Of a stretch of DNA of 64,000 nt, positions 42,813-57,269 are shown piece by piece. Location of the stretch: positions 58,776,001 through 58,840,000 of the forward strand of contig OX597814.1 of NCBI GenBank assembly GCA_951406725.2, written 5' to 3'. Each line of letters opens with the position of its first letter. Within the stretch, counting starts at the first letter, position 1. The translations under genes and the position numbers were made by a program. The notes under the pieces are model-generated. The model made no database searches and had not been told where the DNA came from. It worked only from the letters and a program-made list of their open reading frames with translations. The DNA is from Octopus vulgaris. Taxonomy: Eukaryota.

Positions 42813-44788
42813 TAATAAAGACCTCTGGTGTCAAAGTATCACCCTCCAACGCCTATAAACCAATCTGCACTTACTACTTTGAGAACATCTCCGGAGGGAG
42901 ACCAAAATTATCAACTCAAGTTTTTCTTCAGACCAAGCCAATAAAGAAGAATTTTAGGAATGAATATGGGTATCAGAATCAATTTGCTCAGTATCTAATG
43001 CACTTCAAATGTTGCTGATGTCAATTTTGTTCTATTGCCTACTTCTAACTTGAGTGGGATTAACAAAGAAAAGGAAAAACTGTTTTGAGACTAGCTAGAA
43101 TCAAATAGATATCACCCTGTGAAAACATGTCTCTGTGTTAAAGAGAAGAATGGTTGAAACATTGAATATACCTAACTATACAAATATCGTGTTAGTTGAT
43201 ATTTATTAGTTCAAATCACTATCTCGTTTTAATCTATGATAAAAAGATAGCAAGTAACCACCTTACATTCATATCTTAATAATTATATTAGAATATATAT
43301 TTGTCTTGCAATATTTTTTGTGTGAAATCGTGTTGGAACAGATATTGGCGTGCGTTTTTATTGGCTAAACTGGCAAAATGACCATTCCCAAATGCAACAA
43401 TGTATTAGAATATATTCTGAAATAAATATATCATATGTAAATCATTTTCTTCAAGTTAGGCGAGCAATAAGATCTGAATATAAATGACACATATACTGTG
43501 ATTTCTCATGTTTCCTTAACTATCAGAAACACTACATATCACACATCAACGTTTCATTTCAGGAACTACCCAGTTTCTAGGATGTGGATGTGAGCATTTT
43601 TGTAATATGGAATGAATTATCTTGCGACATTTGCTCTGACTCTTTAGATCCTGAGGTCGATTCATGCTGATGTCAGATTCTATATTGGTTCTTCAGGTGT
43701 TGATAAAATAAAGGTTAATGTACTCATATACTACAAGATATCATAACATTGAGTTTCAAATGGGTCATGTTTACGAGTCTTCGAGTGTCGTGGGTACACC
43801 TGTGCCTGCTCATGATTGCACGAGTCTGCAAATCTGTAGCAAAGACGTGGTGCATGCTGCTACCAAGCTCTACTATCTTCAAATGATAAATTTCCATCTT
43901 TAACTGGCTAAATATTGCATTAAACAACATACATAATCAACAAAATATTTCGGTTTTCATCTATATCAATAAATAATATTCATGTTATTTCCAGATAAAA
44001 AAGATAATTAATTAGTACATGGGTTATAAACCAGGAAATTGCTCTTGATGTATATTCATACCGAAATGTTGTGCTGAAGTATTTATCAATAAAAAAAATC
44101 TGAATCACCAAACATGTTCAATGATGTGGCAGGGCACTTGTGCCTACAATTTCTGCATCAATTTGACAGCTTGATAAGAAATGTTTCATATTTCCTTCAT
44201 TTTTAGAATATAGCTATACCATGACCAACTTTCATTGAGACACACGAAGAGGCTGAACACAAATCTGAAAATTATCTGCATTCATCCTCACAATACAGGA
44301 TCATACACATCTTGATCAACCTATTACGCAATGGTCAAATTGAGTTGGTAGTTGATTTCTTTTTCTAGTGATGCTTGGTCCTGGTGTCTTCTAACTTCCA
44401 CCTGTTAGGATCAATGACGGACGGTTTTCGAAACGAAGGATACAGGCTGGGAGGTGAAATTATTTGTGAAGTAGTGTAACCAATATTCTACACATGATAT
44501 ATTCATTTCAAAATGGCGCTGTGAGTTCAGTCAAAGCATACCACAAATACCTCACTCTAAATACACCGTTGATTGTTATTCTATCATTATGTACATCTTC
44601 ATTGAACTCCATTACAAAACAAAATTAAAGGCCGTGCTCACTGTAATATTTGTGTATATTTAAATGCTTAAATATCTATATCAGAATGTAATTGGACCAA
44701 TGTACATCAGGGAACGTTGCATACATACATACATACACAACTCCTCCCACATACAACACACACACAAACAGTATAAATATATATCCAT

Positions 44789-44797
44789 ATCTATCTA

Positions 44798-44875
<78 letters not shown>

Positions 44876-44957
44876 CCTATCTATCTATCTATCTATTTAT
44901 CTATCTATCTATCTGTATCTTTCTCTCATCTTTCTCTCTCTGTCTGTCTCTCTCTCA

Positions 44958-45027
<70 letters not shown>

Positions 45028-45028
45028 A
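44789..45028. repeat. (TATC)n/(TC)n/(TA)n compound microsatellite
   Basis: Direct reading. Confidence 0.95.
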
Positions 45029-45105
45029 TCTGTACGTGTATGTATGATTATATGTGTATGACTGTACACGTGTGTGTATGTGTGCGTCTGTGAGCGTGTG
45101 TGAGT

Positions 45106-45146
<41 letters not shown>

Positions 45147-45709
45147 CCGTGTGAAATAGAGAGAGAGAAGAGGTAGCTCAGATTTTGCAGTGACGTTTAC
45201 AATGGAGTAGGCAGAACATAAATTTAAGGAGCTCAAATTCAAATACAAACTAAGAAATAATTGTAGTCCACACTCTAGAAAACTAATATGTGCGCATGAC
45301 TACCCACAATATTTTATGCTGGAGGTCGTGTTTCGTCTCTTTTTAAATGTAAAAATTAACTTGTACAGAGTTCTGTGGAATGACTAGAGTTAGTTAAAAG
45401 TCTTCCTTGCTTTCGGGTAAATTTTATGATTATTTCCTAGACGAGAAAGTAATTAAATAATGCATTCGATAATTCCAAAATATGAAATAATTCAATAACT
45501 GCAGCAATGAAAAATAAATTCGTATTAGAAAGTGACTTTGAAATGCTATATCTTATTTCATTCTTTATTCAGACACCAGCCCACACAGAGTGACACACGA
45601 ACATACATAAACATACATACATAAACATATATGCAGTCATGCACATGTATGCATAGATAGACATGTGACTATTTGTATGCATACACACATATGCATACAT
45701 ATATCTGCG

Positions 45710-45759
<50 letters not shown>

Positions 45760-46603
45760 GCTGTGTGCGTGTGTATGCATATATATATACAGAGAGAGGA
45801 GAGAAGGAAAGCTAAAGAGAAAGAGAGAGATATGTATGTATATATGTATGTTATGCCCAAAATGATATTTTATTACAAAAACATGGATGCAAATATATAT
45901 ATACACATCTTAAATTATATTTTCTAAGATTTTATGTATGTAAAACTGTTTGCCATTGAAAAACACTCAGTTTTAATTCTTTCTTTTCAGCCTATCATGA
46001 AAAATAGGAGTGTAGTTTTATAATTATGTCTGCAGGAACATGCCGCTTACTATTTCAGAGGTAGTAACTTATAAATTTTTAGACGTTTGACTATTCTAGC
46101 TATAAACACATCCATTGAAGCATAAGTGCAAATTATGCGCACTCTATATGTGCCTATATGTGTGTACATGTTTGTGTGTATATATGTGTGTGTGAGTGCT
46201 TGCATACTTCTGAGTGTATTTTAATATACATATGTAGGTAAGTGAATAGTATAGAGATTTGGGCTGAGATAATCATTCAGCTGTCATCACAGGATGAAGA
46301 AGTTAATGAAACAGCTGTAAACCTATGGAAGTTAAATGGGTAACTAAATATAGAGTCACACCTCATACCTCCTGAGTTTCCGGTATATTATATGTACATA
46401 TATGTGTGTGGGCGACTGCGTGGGTGTATGCGTACGTGTGTGCGTATATATGTACTTATGCACATATATATATATGTGTGTATACAGATTTATTTGACCA
46501 AACTTGACTGTACCTCCTACATTTTACGTGAAGGATTCTGAAGGATTCTGCATATAAATATATATAAATATAAATATAATTATTTACACACGTATATTCG
46601 TAT

Positions 46604-46665
<62 letters not shown>

Positions 46666-47368
46666 CATGAAGTATATTTGCCACCTAAATGTGGCAGACC
46701 CATAGGGGATGATGCTACTGTTGTTTATAGCACCAGGTAGACATCTCCTCCAGCTGGCTAAGACAAACTCTGTGTTTGACTAGCATTTGCGAAGGGAAAT
46801 CTTCGTTCCTATCTCTAGCCTTACGTGATACACACAGACCCGAGTTTCTGGATAGTAACCCGTCATCACAGACACAGGCACACAAACAGCGTGTTGTTAG
46901 CAAGCTGGAGGAGTTATAAACAAAATATGTATATGATGAGAACATTTGTATATTTACAAATATGTTGATAGGTTTATAATGAGAATTGAAAGTGGAGAAA
47001 GAAAAAGACGCTTTCTGGAAATGTAATTAAATTTCAGTGCCTTGACCAGACCAATACAATATAACTGAGCAGACACATCCCTCTGTATATCCACTCCCCA
47101 CCACTTTTCTTCTTCTTTCTCTTTTTCTATTGTCCTGTCCCTATCTTCCTAAAATTCCTCGCTTTCCGAAAAACCAAAACTTTCTCCTCTTCAAAACAAA
47201 ATAGAACACACACCCGCTTGAAAAATTTGACTAAAAGAGCGAAAGCGCTAATAACGAATTTTAAAAAATTCTGACTGCCCCTTTCTTCTTTATATACAAT
47301 ATCTGTACAGTACTTCAAACACCCTATACATACACACACATATATATATATATATGCATACAATATAT

Positions 47369-47415
<47 letters not shown>

Positions 47416-48373
47416 CTATGTGTGTGTAAGGACAATAATACGGGCAGGTGGTGTTATATTAAATAATATGCTTCAATAATTAAACCGCCACGCTAAACGA
47501 GTGACCGGAAAATTCACACCCAAAAAAAAAAAACCTATGAGCTCTTTCCTCGTCACATTTCGTTCAAAAATCCACCACCATTTCGTATGTGTATTTATAT
47601 TCGTACATATTGCCATCTCTTTGTCTTGTGCATGAATTTTCTGTTCGTTCCTTTGCCTTGTTTCTGTTTAATCTTGGAAATTTAGATAATGTCCCACACA
47701 AACACATCCTATTGTCCCACTGAATATTAGGAATGTTTTGTGCGATATCTCTTCGTTTCTCTTTTCTCTTCCCGACTATTCTTTCCTCTCTCATCAACTA
47801 TATGTTGATTTCTGTCTGTATACCCTCAACTTCTTTTCTTTCTTTTCTTCCACTACTATGCGACCCGTGACCATTCCATGTCTATTTTCAAGTACCCTTT
47901 GCTGCTCTTGCCATTTGCTTTCTTCTCTACTTTCAAAACTGGATTTGTTATTTGACTGTTCGTTTCGTTCTGTCTTTCCATGTGTTCAGTTCACGTCTCC
48001 ATTCCCAGAGGAAATTTTCAATTGCGTTACTTATACTGTTTCCACTTTTTCCATTGCACTATTTTTCCTATCCTTATCTCAGACCCGTGCGTCCTTTTTG
48101 GTATATTGTACATATTTCTCTTGTATATTTATATTCCTATCCGCTACCTGTGTTGTGATTATTTTCGTCACAGCCCACAACGTTCGCTTACTAATCCAAG
48201 AAGCAATTTTTAAATGCTGACGCCACCAGAGGTAAGCAATATCGTTATATGCGACGAATTTTAATGATGTCTTGAATGATAAATTACGAGGAAAGATCAA
48301 GTCTATGTCTTGAATTTTCCGCTCGCTCTATTGTTGTGATTGTTTAATTTTTGAAGCTTTATATATATATATG

Positions 48374-48429
<56 letters not shown>

Positions 48430-48431
48430 TA

Positions 48432-49368
48432 TTAAGAGGACAACGTTACGGCAAGACAAACATTTCAAGTCATATACGTTAATCTTATTGGAAAAATTAA
48501 AAATCTTACAGCTGCTTTTGCGATATCCCAGAATATGGGATATTCTATCATCGGAGACAAATAGCGAACATGAGAAGGGTATGGATTAATGAAATGTCAA
48601 CACAGAGGGCAGGGGAAAAGGAATAAGGTGATGAAGAAAGAGAAGGAAAAAAAAGCATAAAAGTACACAGTTCAAATTTCCGATCATGTAGAAGTAAATC
48701 CGTAAATTCTTAGGTATAATGCTGTGTAAATCCATGTAGGTTAAGTCCTAATAGTGTAAATATCCAGAAATAGACGCGAACATATCATTGTTCAATAACA
48801 GAATGGTAGATGAGTATGGCTATTATATAGTAAAAAGAAAGAAGAATAAATAAACAGAATGAAAATTAGAGAGAGTGAGGGAAGAAATTACGGATTAGTA
48901 TTAGGGATAAAATAAGTTATATAAGGATATTGCGTAAATACATATAGTGTACAAAAATTACCAAGAAGATCAATAAATTAATAATATCCTATTACTTTAC
49001 AAGAGAAAGAAATTCTTCCATCAATCTTACCTCCTCACTTTATGAGATAAATGTTAATTCTTTAATTATTTTTCAAACTTAACTAAATAAATCCCTTTAA
49101 ATTTCATTCCTAAATAATATAACATTTAACTGGTTTTTCATTCCCGACTACATGCACACCCATACCCCCATTGCTAGAAAAAATATTTCTATAGCCACTG
49201 ACCTTAGCCATAAAACGGACACAAACACTTACGACTAGATTTCCACCCCAACCCCTACAGACTAGAACAATTTCACTGGCACCTACTATCCACTTTGAAA
49301 TTCCTTTCATTTTACTATATTATTTTTTTACGTTACCTTCCTTTACATCCTCCATTCTCCTTATTTAC

Positions 49369-49404
<36 letters not shown>

Positions 49405-49712
49405 TCTTGGTTATTTTTGTACACTATATTCTTATAGACTTTATCCTCATATACCTTATTTTATCCTTCATGCCAATCATTAATTTCCTCACTCACTGTT
49501 TATACCTCTCTTTCTATTCATTTTTCTTTCTTTTTACCATCTAGTAATCACCTCCGCTCCTATTCTATTGACACGATCGCGTCTATTTCTGCATATTTAC
49601 ACTATAACTACTTTAACCTAGAAGCAATTGTAAGACTTTGAATTTTTCCAATGATAATAACGTATATGACTTGAGATGCTCGTCTTGCCGTAACGTTTGC
49701 TGTCCTCTTTAA
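48432..49712. mobile_element. PLE 3' end with inverted upstream pseudo-LTR (1.3-kb fold-back element)
   Basis: Inverted homology of 48432-48517 with 49621-49712 and of about 48735-48970 with 49401-49620; hammerhead-like motif on the minus strand at 48503-48558; (TA)n flanks. Confidence 0.75.
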
Positions 49713-50801
49713 CAATTATATATATAAAATATACGTGTTATATATAACTCGCAAATTATTCATGAGATCACAGAGGATCAAAGCAGAGCTACATACTTTA
49801 TTGTAAGTAAAATTAAAATTAACACATTTCTTTTTATACCAAACTGTAGAAGTAAAAAGTCAAAAAGTTTATTACTAGAATTTATTAATGAATCCACAAA
49901 ATTTGATATATTCGTATGATAAATATTTCTCTGGCATAATTGTACTGTGTCTTTAAAAGAGATATAATTTTTCCTTTCTGTATATATGCATGGGCACTTG
50001 TAAGTATGCGTGGTTGCATGTGTCTTATAAGAGAACTTACATTTAACGTCAGCTCATACAATTATTGCATTTTTGTTCCATTATATGTATTTGCTTTACA
50101 ATAAATATTATTTTCCTTCTTATGAGGACATTCAGAACACAGTTTCTTCTTTGACTCATATATGTCACATTTATTTAACTGTGGCCTGTACTTTTATAAA
50201 TCATTTTAGCATTGAGGGAAATACCTTGTAGTATATAAATTCTCCCAGTCGTCATTGGCATTTACAGTTCATAGATCGATACAATGAGTGTTTGGGCAAA
50301 TAACCAAATGAATAACAAGTTAAATGCTCTTGAGAGCCGTAGGATGGGGTGGATTACATTAATCATCCGAGAGCCAAAGAAATTTCCATGCAGTATTTAG
50401 TAACAATACTCCAAATTCCGTTTTCAAATCCCGCCAAAGCCAAATTTTCTTTTTAACACTGCAGAGTCACATGTAAACTATCTCTTTTATTCTTTATAAA
50501 TTGAGACAATCTAATCGATTGATACTTGTGTCTTTCAGGATCCTATAAACAGTATATTACTCCTGAAAATCTCGAACGAATTTTCTTTTTAATGTTGATA
50601 GCATAGCAACGAACAGAAGTTCATTTAATCACACAAGAAACAAGCCAAACGTAGAATAATTTTAGGTAAAAAAAAATAATAAAATTCGTCTTTAAATCTA
50701 TGTTAGAAGTTGTTCCGAAATTATTTATTATTGTTATTGTTTTTATTATTATCATTATTATTATTATTGTTATTGTTGTTGTTGCTGTTATTAGTATTTA
50801 A

Positions 50802-51009
50802 GGCGATAAGCTGGTGGAATCGTTAGCAGGTTAGACGAAATGCTTAGATGTATTTCGTCAGTCTTTACGTTCTGTGTTCAAATTCTGCCAAGGTTTATTT
50901 TACCTTTCATCTTTTCATAGTCGATTAAATAAATACCAGTGTCGCAATGGGGTCAATTTTAACGACTCAATCCTTTCCCCCAACCTGTCCTTGCGACAAA
51001 AATTGAAAT
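50802..51009 (+). mobile_element. SINE family A
   Basis: GGCGATAAGCTGGTGGAATCGTTAGC...TTCTGTGTTCAAATTCTGCC...TAAATACCAGT. Confidence 0.75.
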
Positions 51010-51178
51010 TCTTCTTCTTCTTCTTCTTCTTCTCCTTCTCCTTCCTCTTCCTCTGCTTCTTCTTCCTCCCCTTCCTCTGCGTCTTCTTCTTCTTCCGCTT
51101 CTTCTTCTTCTTCTTCTTCTTCTTCTTCTTCTTCTTCTTCTTCTTCTTCTTCTTCTTCTTCTTCTTCTTCTTCTTCTT
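51010..51178. repeat. (CTT)n microsatellite
   Basis: Direct reading. Confidence 0.95.
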
Positions 51179-52888
51179 TCCACAGAATCTACATTTATAG
51201 GTGTCAGAAGATTTATAGATGTTATACTTCTCTGAATTGGTAGCGAGAGCCTGGTCTTGTGCAACAATGATCAGGCTTTCAGTGGTACGCTTCAAATCAC
51301 CTCGCCCAAGCCATACCCAAGATGCTGTATTATCCTTAACGTCTTGTGGTTTCTTTTCAAACTGTCGATGCATTCTTATTTCAAGAAGGTCTTCTTTTCA
51401 CTACTCCTAAGCTCTTTGATTAACTCTTCCTTGCTCATCATTTCATATGCATTTACACCCATATTACAGCAGGTTTTCATCACAATATATTAAATATTCG
51501 GCAAGCTTTCTCCTTTCACTCCTTATACGATGGCCTATATTAATTAGTCCTCTGCTACCATTCTTTCTTTTCATATACAGTCTGTTTCGTTTGCTTTAGA
51601 GTGTAGCGCCCCATGCAGCATCATCAATTTCCTCTGACCACCACAACTGCCCAGATATTCATTGCGGTAATCAAATTTTTAGCATTCAGGTTGGATTTTA
51701 ACACCATCTTTACCCTTCTTGGATATACGTCCCTGACATTGACTTTCATTTCTCTGTGCAGAATGTGATCCAGTTCCAGAATCCCTGAATATCTATAACC
51801 AGTCCTATGCAGGCTGATTTCTCCCCTCTTTTCCTATTAATTACAGAGCATATGGTAATCCCAAATTCCATACTCATATCCCTACCACATTTCTGGATTG
51901 TTTTGGTTAAGGAATCTTATCTATTTTTCAGATTCCCCAAACAATTTCACGTAATCCATAAACAGAAGGTGGTTCAATGATGGGCCTTTCTTCCAACATC
52001 AGTAACCCATCTTAACTTACCTTAACTAAGTTTCATTGTTATGGGTATATGTGCAATTACAAAATTGTACCGAGAGAACGAGTTACCTTGGAAGATTCAC
52101 CCTTTTAATATTAACTCCTCCAAGGAATACATTACTTGAGTACAATTTGGTTTTCCACTCTTTCATGTTATTCATCAGAAAATTTGTGATGTTGTTAGTA
52201 ACACCAAGCATCTGCAGGCATTCAACGATCCAAGAATGAGGCACGATATCATATGCCTTCTTAAAGTCAATCGACGTCATAGACACGTTTGCATGATGTC
52301 TTTTTTAATGCCTGAAATTTGTTTTATCGATGACCAGGTGATACTCGGTACCCTGAGAACTCTTCCTTGGTAGTATTTGTTCCCTGGGTAGTATTTCTTC
52401 CTGTGTCACGGAAATATGTCTTTGCTGCACATATTCCAGAGAGTATCTTCTAGATTATGTTTAGGAATGTAATGGGGCGATAGTTTACCAAAATATTCCC
52501 CTTTCTTCTATTTTTCATCAGAACTACTGTCCTCCCAGTCACCACCCACGGTGGGAATGTACCTTTCTGGACATACTCATTCAATTGTGCTGCTAGTCTT
52601 TCATGCACTGCGTGGTATCGTTTCAGCCAGAATCCCATCTGGTCTGGGGTCTTTCTCGTTATGCATTTTACCCACTTGTTCTTTCAATTCACCCGTGCTT
52701 ATGACAACATTCCTTTGTTTCTTTCCTCCTTGTAATTTTGTCTTGATAGATCCTATCCACATTGCATCCCTTTTATGCATCATATTCTTTCCCCCCATAA
52801 TCCGTTCCAAAATCCTTGGTTTGATTTGCATCAGGAGCAACATTTCCCACATTGTCTCTTTCTAACGTTCGGAAGAATTGCTCCCCAT
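51179..52888 (-). mobile_element. Dong/R4-clade LINE internal fragment (RT to start of zinc knuckle), decayed
   Basis: PPWVVTGRTVVLMK...NYRPITFL, IDFKKAYDIVPHSW, NHLLFMDY and GDLKRTTESLIIVAQDQAL...CRFCG. Confidence 0.88.
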
Positions 52889-53024
52889 TCTTCTTCTTCT
52901 TCTTCTTCTTCTTCTTCTTCTTCTTCTTCTTCTTCTTCTTCTTCTTCTTCTTCTTCTTCTTCTTCTTCTTCTTCTTCTTCTTCTTCTTCTTCTTCTTCTT
53001 CTTCTTCTTCTTCTTCTTCTTCTA

Positions 53025-53084
<60 letters not shown>
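52889..53084. repeat. (CTT)n followed by (ATT)n microsatellite
   Basis: Direct reading. Confidence 0.95.
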
Positions 53085-54122
53085 GAGTGCAAGAGCAGTG
53101 AATACAATAGCAGTAACGCTGAGGCACAAATACCCGAATCACCAGTATACCTATCATTACTACCACGCTGATTAGGATACGCCAGCCACAGGCATCGCTA
53201 TCATATGTGAATGGGATTGAAATATCTGGCTGAATGTTAGCCGAAGAGATTTTCTAATTAGATAGTAATCTATATTTTATTACTGAATATTGCTTTATTA
53301 ATACGTACATTTTGGTGAGTAATATTAATCTTCTTGAACAAACCAATCCTGTTACCAAAATTTATTTTATTACCAGTAACATATTTTCTCAAATAATTCT
53401 TGCTATTGCTAATATACCTCAAGTATTGTCAAGTATCGAAATATGCTAGAAGAAATTTGCTACTATATAGCATAGATTTAATTAATGGTATTGCAATGTT
53501 AGTGATAAACATGTTACAATGTTCAACTGACATTGATTGAAATCTAAATTTTGCGCATCAAATGTAGCTGTTCCAGTATGTATATTTTCGATTGAAACAT
53601 TCCGTATTTCTGAAACATCTTTATACACATTGCCCTAAATGCTAATGTCTTGCTTCAATAATTTTCTTTGTTCTCATTATATTTGACCTAGATGGAATCT
53701 TTTTATTCATATGCAATTAGTTTTGGTGTGCATTAAATAGAAACAGAATATTTTAAGTGAAAATGCAAGTAAAAAAAAATAATGTATTCTATAGTAGAAT
53801 TGGTCATTTTCAAAGTGAAAAAATGCAATTATTAACAATTGCAATAATTGAAGTACATATTAAACAATGATGCATTACAACTGTCTAGAAGATAATGGGA
53901 AAACGCAAACAAACGTTGCATTTAAGATATATTCAAAATTAAGTGTGTACAGACGGCTGTTGAATCAAATATGAGTTGTTGTACATATTTGAAAAGCAAA
54001 AACATTATTTAGATTGCTGAACAGTAAAATTATATCTGTACAAAGGTTAAGGTAAGACGCATTGTTGCGAAAAATCATCTGCATTTATGTGAGTGTGAGT
54101 GTGTATTGAATATATATATATA

Positions 54123-54283
54123 GGCGCAGGCGTAGCTCTGTGGTAAGAAGCTTGCTTCCCTAACACATGGTTCTGGTTTAAGTCTCATTGCGTAGCACCT
54201 TGGCAAGTGTCTTCTACAATAGCCTCGGGCCGACCAAAACCTGAGTGGATTTGGTAGACGGAAACTGAAAGAAGCCCGTCGTG
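54123..54283 (+). mobile_element. CORE-like tRNA-derived SINE (family D)
   Basis: Head GGCGCAGGCGTAGCTCTGTGGTAAG, CORE-like CACCTTGGCAAGTGTCTT and tail GGAAACTGAAAGAAGCCCGTCG; flanked by TA/CA repeats. Confidence 0.75.
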
Positions 54284-54348
54284 TATACAGACACACAAAC
54301 ACACACACACACATATATATATATATAAATATAAATATATAAATATAT

Positions 54349-54402
<54 letters not shown>

Positions 54403-55140
54403 TTAAATAGTCAAAACATATTTGCTGCAATATTCTAGCTACAAATGATTCTTAAAACATTTTGATTTAAGAGACAAATATAGTGTTCTCACTAGACGTA
54501 CCTCAGGCCAACAAGTCAGTTAAGGTTGTATGGCGCCAACAGTCTAGAATATGACATTTAGAACTTGATTCTCTGACGTCATTCAGCAGTAGTGTGAAGC
54601 GGATGTTAACGTGCGTTTCAAGCGAACAAAAGCAAGTGTTTTGATATTAAAACGAATTCTTTACCATGAAAATCTTAACAGTTTACATAAAGATGCTTCA
54701 AGAAATTTTGGTACAAATTAAGAGAAAAAATGATCATAATCGTAAAAATGGAAACAAAAACACAAAGAGAAACACGAATTGTAACGAATAAAGACGAGTA
54801 AAATGTAAATAAATTAGTTCTGGTATTTCAATTGCCGCTATTTTTCTATTATTCAGGGTTCAAAATACTAGTCAAAATTAGAGTGAGCAGGTGTCTGTTC
54901 CGGCCTTGTAAATCTTCATTTCCAATTACGTTGTCTCTCATCAAGTATTTTCAAGACCAGAATTAAAGTTAGGCATTATGAAAGTAATTTTAAATACGCG
55001 TTCAAACATCGCTGCTGGTCAGTTAATCTCGCTACAGGAAATATCAGGGATACTTTGAAGACCTTCCCTCTAAACAATTCACAAAATGAACGATGTATGT
55101 ATAGACATACATATATAAATGGATACAGATATGTCTACGC

Positions 55141-55181
<41 letters not shown>

Positions 55182-55230
55182 ATGTATATATAAACATATG
55201 TTATATGTATGTGTCTATATATATATATAT

Positions 55231-55275
<45 letters not shown>

Positions 55276-55639
55276 TAGATAGACAGATATATAGTTACAT
55301 ATATGAATATATATATATAAACTTGCTTACACACACATATTTCTTTACTTATTTGTTTATATATACTTCAATAACTTTCAGCCAGTTTTGGCCCAGGTTA
55401 TCACTAACTTAGTAGCACCGCCTGGAAAATATGACATATTGTTAGTGCATCATTCGAGTAACGAGGTGTTGTTTGCAGAAACATAACATGGATTAGGTGA
55501 TTAATCTGGAATTTGTTGAAGGTATTCGTTCCAATGCTATTAGACATTTTTCTGCTATGTGTATTGGCATGAGGTCAAAAATGAGCAAGGCCAGTTTAAG
55601 TGAACTACCTGTATGTCACTGTTGTTATATGACGCGCAC

Positions 55640-55725
<86 letters not shown>

Positions 55726-56289
55726 ATGTATGTATATGTATACACACACACAGACGGATATATATATATATATGCATGTATGTATTAGTGTGTGTTTGTA
55801 AGTACCTATCTATATATGTGTATGTATGTGTGAGGGAGTGACTGTATTATAAACGGAACATATCGCTAGGTGGAGACAATCGTTTCAATTATATCCAATA
55901 ATTTGTTGATGATAAGGATAATGAAAACGTTTTGACAAATTTCTCAACGAAATGTTACATTGTTAATTTCCACTGCATTCATTTCAACAGATATTTTATT
56001 TCCTACATCACACGAACGAAATGTTAAAGACAGAAATTGTAATTGTCAATAGTCCCAAATGTGTTTTGACTGGTAACAGTAGATGTGCCGTTAATCTGCC
56101 AATGGACTATCAACTCTTCCAAATATGGTCTAATCGGAGACGACACCATAATTATTTACAATGAGATATTATTTATAAATGAAATCGTTATTTATGTATG
56201 TTTTACAGTAGGTATGTAGATGACATCAATATTCTAGTTAGGACAAATCTTAGTAAATGTACTCTAGAAACCGAGATAAACATAATGGT

Positions 56290-57269
56290 GAGCTTCAAGC
56301 ACGCAGGTAATCCATATACCAACGTATCACGGTAATTATTGATTAACCCACTAGGCACCCTAATGATAGATTCCCTGTCCTTGATAATGAACTTCGGTTA
56401 GAGACTGTAAACAACAGAGTGCAGCTCCTCCACTCCCATTACAATTAAGCCTATAGCTTCTAAACATGTTGTTCACAAGAACTCAGCGTTATCTCACAAT
56501 ACGAAAATCAACATACTGATAGCAGACTTAGGATAATGAATAACGTGTTCCCACTATGCGAACCTTTTGAAACAAAGAAGCATGTACTGATCTTCATACA
56601 CCGCATGCAGTTCTTTGGATATGACCGAAAAGATAGGGTTCGGGTATACGGGGGAGCTAGAAGGAGGTTAGATAGCAACCCGCATTAGATAGAGAGGTAA
56701 AGACTGGAATAATATACAGAGAATTTGTGACAAAGGAAAGTAAACACATGGTATAGGGCTGACAACTATCAAGGAATGATGTTGGTAGAAGCTACACCCC
56801 ATGGGGAACTAGCCCGTAGATTTAGGAATACTCTGAAGGAGACCAAATTCAACATTAAGATCACTCAGGGAGCTCCAACAGATTACAGTTATACATTCGA
56901 AAATGCCACATGAACTAATGAAAAGTGAGCGGTATGTAAGATTAACCCTGGCATTAACTGTAGAACTAGAAATGTAGTCTACATCATAAAGTGCATAGAA
57001 TGTGCTTGTAAAGACAAGAACACGGCATACATTGGAGAAACATCTAGAAGTATTGCCGAGAGATTAAATGAAGATTTGAGGCAATATGATGAAAAAAAAA
57101 ACAGTTCTATATACTCTACCAACATGCCAAAGACCAACACGGAGGAATACTGGACCGATTTGACATACGCATTTCATCCAAGCACCCGAAGTTCCCACCA
57201 CACAGAAAAATACGGGAGTACGTCCTCGTAACTGAAATATCCTCTGTACAAAATAGGAAGTATACATAG
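56290..57269 (+). mobile_element. Penelope-like element: decayed RT thumb + C-terminal GIY-YIG endonuclease
   Basis: HPNDRFPVLD, HSHY-KPIASKHVVHKNSALSHNTKINIL and MQFFGY, then CRTRNVVYIIKCIEC...AYIGETSRSIAERL...YQHAKDQH (GIY-YIG with the PLE CCHH pattern). Several stops and frameshifts. Confidence 0.85.

Noticed and set aside
43960-44540. Very old minus-strand mariner remnant (HQ.N.P-like echo)
   Set aside because: Motifs too degraded and no TIRs found.
46679-46920. Possible HDV-like ribozyme in a structured repeat (TGCCAC/GTGGCA hairpin)
   Set aside because: Could not build the nested double pseudoknot.
47738-48220. 160-aa plus-strand ORF
   Set aside because: F/S/L-rich product of a pyrimidine-rich strand, probably antisense to a decayed LINE; no recognisable domain.
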